Below are positions 9,179 through 16,892 of a stretch of DNA of 36,387 nt, piece after piece. The first letter of the stretch is position 1. Each line of letters starts with the position of its first letter. Below the pieces are notes generated by a model, which worked only from the letters and a program-made list of their open reading frames with translations, searched no databases and was not told the DNA's origin. Source of the DNA: Bacillota bacterium. Lineage in GTDB: Bacteria; Bacillota; Clostridia; Lachnospirales; Bianqueaceae. The position numbers and the translations under genes were made by a program. Location: positions 1 through 36,387 of the forward strand of contig JAFUJY010000304.1 in assembly GCA_017467985.1 (NCBI GenBank), in the 5' to 3' direction.

Positions 9179-10249
9179 ATGACAGGAAAAGAACGTACGC
9201 TGCGTATTTTGGCACACCAGCCGGTGGACCGCATTGGTTTATTTGAACATTTCTGGGGCGACACCCACAAAGCTTGGGAGGCCGAAGGGCATGTCCAGGC
9301 CAATGAATCCTACGAGGATCACTTTGGTTTTGACATGCAGGAGTGCTGGCCCTTTAATCTGGTGGCCGATCTGGATTTTGAACGCACCGTTGTGGCCGAA
9401 ACCGCTGAAACCATCACTTACCTGGATGGCAATGGTGCAACACTGCGCCGCCACAAACTCCACGATGCCACTCCTGAACATGTGGATTTTAAGGTTCAGG
9501 AACGGGAAGACTGGGAAGAAATCAAGCCGCTGCTGACACCCGATCCTCGCCGCATTGATTTTGAAGCCTATCGTAAGGCAAAAAAGGCTGCTGCTGAGGC
9601 CGGCCGCTTCTTTATGTGGTCCGGTATCAATGTTTTTGAATGCATGCACCCTGTTTGCGGTCACGAAAACATGCTGGTGGGTATGGCTCTGGATCCGGAG
9701 TGGATTGCCGATATGGCCATGACCTATGCCAAGCTTACCGTTCAGCTCCAGGAAATGCTTTTTGAGCAGGAAGGTTACCCCGACGGACTGTGGTTTTATG
9801 AGGACATGGGCTACAAGGGACACCCCTTCATGTCCCCTGCCATGTACAAGGACCTGATTCAGCCTGCCCACAAGTATACAATGGACTATGCCAAGAGCAA
9901 AGGATTGCCGGTTATCATGCACTCCTGCGGTTTTGTTGAACCGCTGCTGCCCGGTATGATCGAGGCAGGTATTGATTGTCTGCAGGTTATCGAGGTCAAG
10001 GCCGGCATGGATCTGCTGAAGCTCCACAAGCTCTATGGCGATAAGATCTCTTTCATGGGCGGTATTGACATCCGCACCCTTTATACCAATGACAAGGCCA
10101 TCATTGATAAGGAACTGGAATCCAAAATTCCGCTGGTCAAGGAAGGTTTTGGTTATTTCCTGCACAGTGACCACTCCATCCCCAAGACGGTCAACTACGA
10201 GACCTATCGTTACTTCATTAAGCGAGGGTTAGAACTGGGAACATATTAA
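9179..10249 (+). CDS. Uroporphyrinogen-decarboxylase (URO-D)/MtaA-like family protein
   Basis: 356 aa with the N-terminus MTGKERTLRILAHQPVDRIG and C-terminal SCG ... IEAGIDCLQVIEVKAGMD, typical of URO-D-fold proteins. The RBS is GGAGG. Confidence 0.65.
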   Translation: MTGKERTLRILAHQPVDRIGLFEHFWGDTHKAWEAEGHVQANESYEDHFGFDMQECWPFNLVADLDFERTVVAETAETITYLDGNGATLRRHKLHDATPEHVDFKVQEREDWEEIKPLLTPDPRRIDFEAYRKAKKAAAEAGRFFMWSGINVFECMHPVCGHENMLVGMALDPEWIADMAMTYAKLTVQLQEMLFEQEGYPDGLWFYEDMGYKGHPFMSPAMYKDLIQPAHKYTMDYAKSKGLPVIMHSCGFVEPLLPGMIEAGIDCLQVIEVKAGMDLLKLHKLYGDKISFMGGIDIRTLYTNDKAIIDKELESKIPLVKEGFGYFLHSDHSIPKTVNYETYRYFIKRGLELGTY

Positions 10250-10290
10250 AAAAAATAGCGCCAGGCTCAGTAAAGAGTCTGGCGTTTTTT
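10248..10290. terminator. Bidirectional intrinsic terminator between the URO-D-like gene (+) and the serpin gene (-)
   Basis: A 10-bp stem CGCCAGGCTC (10259-10268) / GAGTCTGGCG (10275-10284) with one G-T pair. It is flanked by an A8 run and a T6 run. Confidence 0.8.
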
Positions 10291-10305
10291 ATCTGCGAAC
10301 CAATT

Positions 10306-11550
10306 TTAAGCTGTGGGATTCTGGCATACGCCAATGAACAAATCTACTCCATCCAGGCTGCGCACACCGAAGATGAAGGGACGATCCAGATCCATCTCAA
10401 TCATGTTCTGTTCCGAAGGTATCAGCGATGTCTTGGTTGCAACCGCAATTTCAGTATATGCAGCCGCTTCCAGGCCCTGCTCATCCCATTCGATATGGGT
10501 TTTCTGGGTCACATTACCAACATATACATCTGTTTCGGTCATCTTGGAGAAGTCGGCGCCGCGAGAACATGCAGTAGCCAGCTTACCGGCAACATACTCG
10601 CCCAATTCCAAACTACAATCCATGCTCACTTTGGGGACAGACCAATTTACCAGACCATTCTTAGCAGTACCACCTCGCAGCGCTTCATCAAAGACTCTTT
10701 GATTAGACAGCAAGTCCTCGACGGTCACACCCTCTGCAGGCAGAATGAAGAAGGCCTTGCCGGTTTCACCCAGGGACAGTTCTCCTCTCATCCAGCCATC
10801 TCCCATCCAAACCTTGGATTCTTCTGAACGATACATGAAATCGGCTGTGATCTGTTTGCCATCAGCCAAGGTAAACGTATCTTCACCGGACTTGGAAAAC
10901 TCACCCTTCCAGCCATCCTTAATCCAAACCGTATTCAAAATGCTCAAAAACTGGTTGGGATTGGGGTTATATTCATATTTCAGCTTGCCGCCGGTATTTT
11001 CGGATACCCACTGGCCCATGGCCTGACCGGTAGCTGCGTCATCAAAATCCACATTGAACAAAGATGTGTAAAAATGATCCTTCATGGTCCGCTGGTAGGA
11101 GCTTACAAAGCCCCCATCCTCCTGCAGCCACAGGGAGTTGGCAATCTGCAGTACGCTTTCCCCCTCGCGCCAGTATAACCGGCGATACAGATTGCCGCAT
11201 TCCTCTGCGAAGTTTTCCACACAGTCCATGCCCAAGAATGAAACGAACTCATCCCGGGTGGCGCCATTTGCTCCCTCTCCACACATGGCCAGCGCATAAA
11301 ACAGGCTAATGGGACTGTACAGGCTATTTCCTTCCCCTTGAGCCAACAGTTCCGCCGCCGTCTGAGAACTAAACTTCTCCAGATTCTCCAAGAATTCCGG
11401 GGACACTTCTGCATCCCAGTCTCTTCCTTCCGGATACACCGCCTCGGCCACCACCCGTGTGCCCAGGCCCACATTTTCTTCAATTGTATTGCAGCCCATG
11501 ATGCTTGCCAGCATGACTGCGAGCATTAACCAAATCATATACCTCTTCAT
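10306..11550 (-). CDS. Serpin-family protein, predicted lipoprotein
   Basis: Signal/lipobox MLAVMLASIMGCNT, serpin N-terminal motif YSPISLFYALAMCGEGANGATRDEF, hinge EQGLEAAAYTE and C-terminal DRPFIFGV ... LFIGVCQNP. Confidence 0.88.
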   Translation of the reverse strand: MKRYMIWLMLAVMLASIMGCNTIEENVGLGTRVVAEAVYPEGRDWDAEVSPEFLENLEKFSSQTAAELLAQGEGNSLYSPISLFYALAMCGEGANGATRDEFVSFLGMDCVENFAEECGNLYRRLYWREGESVLQIANSLWLQEDGGFVSSYQRTMKDHFYTSLFNVDFDDAATGQAMGQWVSENTGGKLKYEYNPNPNQFLSILNTVWIKDGWKGEFSKSGEDTFTLADGKQITADFMYRSEESKVWMGDGWMRGELSLGETGKAFFILPAEGVTVEDLLSNQRVFDEALRGGTAKNGLVNWSVPKVSMDCSLELGEYVAGKLATACSRGADFSKMTETDVYVGNVTQKTHIEWDEQGLEAAAYTEIAVATKTSLIPSEQNMIEMDLDRPFIFGVRSLDGVDLFIGVCQNPTA

Positions 11551-11563
11551 AATTTTCTCCCTC

Positions 11564-13015
11564 TTATTCTTTTGTCGGATCCATACAGGTTCCTATAAAT
11601 AATACATTGTCGTCATTGTCCAGGATTGCGTACAGGAAGGGACGGTTCAGGATCATGTCCACATGTCTTTCTGTTAACCCCTCTGTCTTATATGCAGTAT
11701 ACGCTGCTGCTTCTGTACCATTCTCATCAATTAGCAAGCGTATTTTTTGCGTGACACTGCTCAGCACCGCTCCCTCACTATTTTCTGCGATACTAGAATA
11801 ATCCGCATTATCTCCAAACGCAGTATCTGCGCCCATCTTTGCCAACACTTCCACCAGATCCATATATTCTTCACTGATGAACTTTGGAACTTTCCAATTT
11901 ACTATATGATTCGTTCCTTTAACTCCCTTAAAAATCTTGGTTAGTCTGGCAGGATCTTGTACAATCTCCTGCACACTGATTCCCTCATTGGGCAGAACAA
12001 AAACCATCTCTCCATCCATCAAAGATAATGTTGCTTTTGTATAATCATCCCCAACATATGCAGCCCCCATTTCCTCTCGCGTCATGAATGATGCCTGAAC
12101 CCTCTCTCCATTATCCAGAACGAACTCGTCCATGATCGTTGCTTCCTTTTTGAAAGCGAGCATCCATGGACTCTTATAATAAATTGTGTTTAACATTGCC
12201 AAATCCCCGTCAATGGGGCTATATTCCAACACTCCGTAAGTCTTTTCTGCAATCCATGCTCTCAATTGACCTATCATCTCTGCAGATGTCATTTTACCGG
12301 TGAAAACCTCTGCATTTAGGCGTGTTGTTATGATATCCTGAAAACTTGCATTCACTTCTCCATAGCTTTCGTCGATCCACATGGAATTGGCAATCGATAT
12401 CGTTGAAAACCGATTATTAATATTATGTTTCTCCAACAACCTTTCTGCCTTGATCAGCAAACTTTCCAAGCTTGACTCGCCCAGAATCGTCAACAGCTCT
12501 TGCTGAGTCTCCCCCTCTGCTCCTACTGCAGCCAATGTGAGTGCATAATACAGACTCATAGGACTATACAACTCATTGCCTTCAGACAAGACCATTGATG
12601 CAGAGAGATAGGTGAACTCATCCATTGTCCATGGCTCTCCCTTTTCCACCAATTCTGCTGTCTTTACATTGCTGCCGGAAGTCTGCTGATCATTCTCCGT
12701 CTTTGCGGATGTCATCTTAGATGACTCTTGTTCCTCGGCCGTCTCTACCTTCATGACCTCGCTGGTCTGAGTCACATCCGCCCTGGAATCCTCCAACAAC
12801 ATTTCTTCTTTTTTGGTTTCCAGACTTCCACCAAATAACCATCCTCCTGACTGCTCCCAGGCTATTAAACTGCCGCACATCAATACCAGGCATGCTGCCA
12901 ATCCCACAAACTGCCGCCATGGTGATCGGTGCCGGCGCACCGGAGCCTCGTCAGCTTCTTCGATAAACTGATCGTCCAGCAGCTCCAGTGCGTCTAACAG
13001 ATCTTGTTTCTTCAT
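11564..13015 (-). CDS. Membrane-anchored serpin: short cytoplasmic N-terminus, one TM, linker, extracytoplasmic serpin domain. It sits in the anti-sigma position.
   Basis: The N-terminus MKKQDLLDALELLDDQFIEEADE is followed by the TM FVGLAACLVLMCGSLIAW. The serpin domain shows YSPMSLYYALTLAAVGAEGETQQEL, hinge ENGTEAAAYTA and NRPFLYAI ... LFIGTCMDP. Its ATG overlaps the sigma gene stop (ATGA). Confidence 0.85.
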   Translation of the reverse strand: MKKQDLLDALELLDDQFIEEADEAPVRRHRSPWRQFVGLAACLVLMCGSLIAWEQSGGWLFGGSLETKKEEMLLEDSRADVTQTSEVMKVETAEEQESSKMTSAKTENDQQTSGSNVKTAELVEKGEPWTMDEFTYLSASMVLSEGNELYSPMSLYYALTLAAVGAEGETQQELLTILGESSLESLLIKAERLLEKHNINNRFSTISIANSMWIDESYGEVNASFQDIITTRLNAEVFTGKMTSAEMIGQLRAWIAEKTYGVLEYSPIDGDLAMLNTIYYKSPWMLAFKKEATIMDEFVLDNGERVQASFMTREEMGAAYVGDDYTKATLSLMDGEMVFVLPNEGISVQEIVQDPARLTKIFKGVKGTNHIVNWKVPKFISEEYMDLVEVLAKMGADTAFGDNADYSSIAENSEGAVLSSVTQKIRLLIDENGTEAAAYTAYKTEGLTERHVDMILNRPFLYAILDNDDNVLFIGTCMDPTKE

Positions 13016-13569
13016 ACCGAGTATCCCTCCTTCAGCAAAACATCCCTCAGCTTGTTACGCAGCCGGAAAAGCATGGATTTCACCTTACTCTGACTCATCC
13101 CAAAACTGCGGCTAAGCTGATCAATCGAATCAAAATACCAATAACGACGTACAAAGAGCTTACGCTGCTCTTCAGGTAACGTCCCCAAAAAATGATTAAT
13201 GTGCCCCGCCAATTCCTGTGCATCGTATGCGGACTCAGCAGTCTCCACTGCACACAGCGTTCCCTCTAATTCGTCCAGCGACACATCCGCCTCGCTGCAG
13301 CGCTTGGCAGCGTGATTGTACTCGCTGCGCTTGAGCGCCAAGTTGCGCACGATGCGCTTGATAAATGCAGACAAAATATTGGGGCGTTCCGGCGGAATCC
13401 GGTTCCACAGCGCCAAGTATGTATCGTTGAGACATTCCCGAATATCCTCTGGATCCTTGAGGATATTGCCCGCAACTTTCATACACATACCGCCATACCG
13501 GCTCTGAACCTCTGCGACCGCGTCTTCGCTTCGGCGCCAGAACAAATCGATGATCATCTGATCTTCCAT
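13012..13569 (-). CDS. ECF-type (group IV) sigma-70 family RNA polymerase sigma factor
   Basis: 185 aa. Region 2 is DTYLALWNRIPPERP and region 4 HTH is SIDQLSRSFGMSQSKVKSMLFRLRNKLR. The RBS is GGAAAGGAGGG. Confidence 0.9.
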   Translation of the reverse strand: MEDQMIIDLFWRRSEDAVAEVQSRYGGMCMKVAGNILKDPEDIRECLNDTYLALWNRIPPERPNILSAFIKRIVRNLALKRSEYNHAAKRCSEADVSLDELEGTLCAVETAESAYDAQELAGHINHFLGTLPEEQRKLFVRRYWYFDSIDQLSRSFGMSQSKVKSMLFRLRNKLRDVLLKEGYSV

Positions 13570-13623
13570 GCTTTCCCTCCTTTCCGGCCTTCACCTATAT
13601 AGTACGGTTTTCTTACCCTTGGT

Positions 13624-13664
13624 TGCAAAAAAACTGCAGAAAAATTTTCCTGCAGTTTTTTTGC
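13624..13664 (-). terminator. Intrinsic terminator ending the long minus-strand GH-MocR-AKR operon
   Basis: Minus strand reads AAAAAAACTGCAGGAAAATTTTTCTGCAGTTTTTTT, about a 9-bp stem followed by a T7 run, immediately after the stop at 13665-13667. Confidence 0.8.
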
Positions 13665-13835
13665 TTACATCTGATGTCTTACAATGGCATACTCATCATC
13701 TGATTGGAAATAGGGGCAGCCCTGATTGGACCCAGCCAGGAAGCGGGCCATTTCGTCTTCGTCCAGATTGATCATACAAGTATAATATCCGCCAAATTCG
13801 TCATAAACATAATGAGCACAATATTCGCACTGCAT
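13665..13835 (-). CDS. Small 56-aa four-cysteine protein (below the ORF-track size cutoff)
   Basis: MQCEYCAHYVYDEFGGYYTCMINLDEDEMARFLAGSNQGCPYFQSDDEYAIVRHQM has a CxxC ... C ... C pattern. The ATG lies 3 nt after the upstream stop (TAAACCATG) and is followed by the terminator. Confidence 0.6.
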   Translation of the reverse strand: MQCEYCAHYVYDEFGGYYTCMINLDEDEMARFLAGSNQGCPYFQSDDEYAIVRHQM

Positions 13836-13838
13836 GGT

Positions 13839-14483
13839 TTACGCCCCTTTCTTGGCTCGGCGTGTGGTTACATAATAGGTAAAGGCACCGCCGGCCACCA
13901 GTAATACAACCCAGAAAATACGGGTCTGCCATTCTTTTTCCGCAGCAGAAGGCCGCTCCTGGATCTCCGCAAAATAGATGCTGTCCACAATGGCCAGGGG
14001 ATCTGCCTCCTCAAGGGGCTCCTCTGCAGAGAAAGCCAATGTGTAGGCCTGACCGTTCATGGCCGTGTAAAACTGCAGACCATACTTTTTCGTACCATCC
14101 TCAGCCGTCTTCTCCCAGGTAAACTTCAGCCATTTTTCCTTTTCTTTGGTATAAAGAGCTCCGGTCACATTCTCGTAACCACCTTCGGTCAAAGTTTCCT
14201 TTAAAGAATCAATCAGCTCTTCACATTCTTCATCCTCGTAGAGGGCCAGGTTCCACTGATTCTCGCTCACTTTACCGCTTTGAGCTGTTAAAACCATCAT
14301 TACGCCCTGGGGACTCAGCGCTTTCATCACCAATCCCTCTTCATTTGCCAGGCGTTCCCAGCCATCGGGCAGGGTGATGGTGGCACGGATATTTCCCAGT
14401 ACAATGTCCTGGGCTGCCTGCACCGGTGCGCTCACCAGCAAGACCAGTGCCAAAATCATACTGATAATCTTAAATTTCTTCAT
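13839..14483 (-). CDS. Hypothetical exported protein with a C-terminal membrane anchor
   Basis: N-terminal signal MKKFKIISMILALVLLVSAPVQA and C-terminal TM IFWVVLLVAGGAFTYYV followed by basic residues. No recognisable catalytic motif. Confidence 0.6.
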   Translation of the reverse strand: MKKFKIISMILALVLLVSAPVQAAQDIVLGNIRATITLPDGWERLANEEGLVMKALSPQGVMMVLTAQSGKVSENQWNLALYEDEECEELIDSLKETLTEGGYENVTGALYTKEKEKWLKFTWEKTAEDGTKKYGLQFYTAMNGQAYTLAFSAEEPLEEADPLAIVDSIYFAEIQERPSAAEKEWQTRIFWVVLLVAGGAFTYYVTTRRAKKGA

Positions 14484-15498
14484 GATGCTCCTCGTAAAAC
14501 TGCAAATAGTCTTTTAAGTTTTCCTGTAAAAGCTCAGGGGTGTTCAGGTGATAAGGACAGCGGGACATACAGGCATTGCAGTGCAGACAATTCTCGATAT
14601 TCAGCATCTGTGCCTTAAACTCTTCGGTCATATACCGCTGATAGGGGCTGCGGCGCAGCAGCAGACTCATACGGGCCATGTTCTGGATATCGATATTGGC
14701 AGGACATGGCTTACAATATCCACAGCCACGGCAGAAGTTTCCTGCCAGTTCCTTACGGTCCTTCTCGATCAAAGCCTTCATGGCATCATCATAGGTCGGC
14801 GGATTCTTTTCCATTTCGATAAATTCCAACAGCTCACTCTCCCGCTGGATACCCCAAATGGGAACCACGTTATCAAACTGCTTGATAAAGGAAAATGTGG
14901 TGGCCGCATTGGTAATCAAGCCGCCGGACAAGCCCTTCATGGCGATAAATCCCACATCCATCTGCTTGGCCACATTGACCAACTCGATCTCCGCATCCGT
15001 AGCCAAAGAGGAGAAGGGGAACTGAATGGTATCGTATTTGCCGGATTTTACCGCCGTCATGGCCCGTTCCAAACTGTGGTTGGTGATACCAATATACCGA
15101 ACCCAGCCCTTTTTCTGGGCCTCCAGCATACCACCGTAAATACTGTCCGGATCCTCTGTATCCGGCAGCACATCCGGGTTGTGCAGCTGCAAAATGTCAA
15201 TATAGTCGGTCTTCATGCGCTCCAGACTCAGCTGTACCTGCTCCAGCAGGGTCTTTTTATCCTTAGCCGGGCTCTTGGTGGAAATGATAATGTCCTTACG
15301 AACATCGCTCAATCCCAGACCGATCTTTTCCTCACTATCAGAATAACCATGGGCAGTGTCAAAATAATTCATACCCAGCTCATAGGCCTGACGCAGAAGC
15401 TTAGCAGCCTCGACCTTACTCAGTCTCTGTACCGGCAGCGCTCCAAAGGAGGATGCTCCCACCATTAAATTTGTTCTTCCCAAACGGATTTTCTTCAT
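14470..15498 (-). CDS. Aldo/keto reductase with a C-terminal 4Fe-4S cluster-binding domain
   Basis: The likely start MKKIRLGRTNLMV at 15498 overlaps the MocR stop as TAATG. It has an AKR fold (DTAHGYSDSEE) and Cys clusters CRGCGYCKPCP and CLHCNACMSRCP. Confidence 0.85.
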   Translation of the reverse strand: MKKIRLGRTNLMVGASSFGALPVQRLSKVEAAKLLRQAYELGMNYFDTAHGYSDSEEKIGLGLSDVRKDIIISTKSPAKDKKTLLEQVQLSLERMKTDYIDILQLHNPDVLPDTEDPDSIYGGMLEAQKKGWVRYIGITNHSLERAMTAVKSGKYDTIQFPFSSLATDAEIELVNVAKQMDVGFIAMKGLSGGLITNAATTFSFIKQFDNVVPIWGIQRESELLEFIEMEKNPPTYDDAMKALIEKDRKELAGNFCRGCGYCKPCPANIDIQNMARMSLLLRRSPYQRYMTEEFKAQMLNIENCLHCNACMSRCPYHLNTPELLQENLKDYLQFYEEHHEEI

Positions 15499-16892
15499 TA
15501 TAATATTCCTTTCCATGCTTCCAACAACAAAGCCGCTGCATTTTTCAGCTGCTCCACATCATACGCTCCATAACCAACCAACAATCGGGGCGGCCCTTCA
15601 TAACTCCGTCCCTGGGCATAATATTCGGACAAACCGCGAATACGAACGCCTTTTTCTGCAGCCAGCCCTACCAGCTCCTGCTCACTGTGCAAGCTTTCCA
15701 CCTCCACCATAAAGTGCAGACCCGCATCCATGCCGATCAGGCGGATTCCGCTCACCTGCAATGCCCCTGCCAGTGCGTCCTGACGGCTGCGGTACAAGGT
15801 TTTCATCCGGTTCAAATGCCGCTCATAATACCCCTGCTCCATAAATCGCTGCAGGGTATACTGCTCAAAACTGGGCACCGAACAGGAATACCCCTGAAAC
15901 TTCTTCTGCCACTTAGCCAGCAAAGTCCTGGGCAGCACCATGTAACTAATACGCATGGACGGCGCCAGGCTCTTGGCGAAGGTATAAAAATATACCACAT
16001 GCTCCTGGTCACCCATGCCCTGCAAAGCCGGAACCGGCTTTCCTAAAAATCGAAACTCGCTGTCATAATCATCTTCCAGAATATACCGTTCCGGTTCTTC
16101 CTGGGCCCAGGCCAAAAGATGTTCCCGACGCCCGGCGGACAGCACCGCTCCCGCAGGAAACTGATGACTGGGGGTTACATGCACGATCTGAGCACCACTG
16201 GCTGACAGCTTAGACGTATCCAAGCCCTCTTCATCCACCGGAATATATTCCGGCGTGATGCCGTAATTGCTGAGAATCCGATTCACCCTGGGGTAGCCCG
16301 GTTCCTCCACCGCATAGTGTCGGTCCGTCCCCAGCAGCTGGATCAGCAAGCCAAATAAATACTCCGTTCCCGCGCCCACAACGATCTGGTCCGGCGCAGC
16401 CTCCACCCGGCGATAGGCGTATAGATATCGGCAAATGCTTTCCCGCAAGGAAAGTAGCCCTTGGGGATGACAGGACTGCAGCAGTTCCTGCCCCTGTTCG
16501 CTGAGTACATCCCGCATAAGCCGAGCCCACACGGTAAAAGGAAACTTTTCCGTATCTACGCCGGAGGTACGCAAGTCATACAAGAATTTCTTTTCCTCCG
16601 TCACTTTCTCCGGCCCGGTTGTCAACGGCTTTTTTCGTTCAAAGCTGCGTTCCGCTCGACGGACATAAAAGCCACTGCGCTCTTTGGATCGAATATACCC
16701 TTCCCCCAACAGCTGGTCATAGGCCATCTCCACCGTGCTGCGGCTCACCTTCAGATAGGATGCCAATGTCCGCTTGGATGGCAGCTTTTCGCCTTCTGCC
16801 ATCCGTCCGGACCGAATTTCTTCCTTTATATAGTCGTATAATTGCTCGTAGAGAGGTGTCTTACTCTCTCCATCCAGAATCGGCGTAATCAT
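15498..16892 (-). CDS. MocR/GabR-type regulator (GntR wHTH fused to a PLP aminotransferase-like domain)
   Basis: N-terminal LPSKRTLASYLKVSRSTVEMAYDQLLGEGYI, then a class-I aminotransferase-like body of about 350 aa containing YTFAKSLAPSMRISY. Confidence 0.88.
   Translation of the reverse strand: MITPILDGESKTPLYEQLYDYIKEEIRSGRMAEGEKLPSKRTLASYLKVSRSTVEMAYDQLLGEGYIRSKERSGFYVRRAERSFERKKPLTTGPEKVTEEKKFLYDLRTSGVDTEKFPFTVWARLMRDVLSEQGQELLQSCHPQGLLSLRESICRYLYAYRRVEAAPDQIVVGAGTEYLFGLLIQLLGTDRHYAVEEPGYPRVNRILSNYGITPEYIPVDEEGLDTSKLSASGAQIVHVTPSHQFPAGAVLSAGRREHLLAWAQEEPERYILEDDYDSEFRFLGKPVPALQGMGDQEHVVYFYTFAKSLAPSMRISYMVLPRTLLAKWQKKFQGYSCSVPSFEQYTLQRFMEQGYYERHLNRMKTLYRSRQDALAGALQVSGIRLIGMDAGLHFMVEVESLHSEQELVGLAAEKGVRIRGLSEYYAQGRSYEGPPRLLVGYGAYDVEQLKNAAALLLEAWKGIL

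Noticed and set aside
13570-13623. ECF-type autoregulated promoter (AAC ... CGTA) upstream of the sigma factor gene.
   Set aside because: The minus strand reads TGCAACCAAGGGTAAGAAAACCGTACTAT. This can be read either as TTGCAA-18-TACTAT (sigma-A-like) or as AAC-N15-CGTA (short for ECF promoters). The sequence alone cannot decide, so it is not called.
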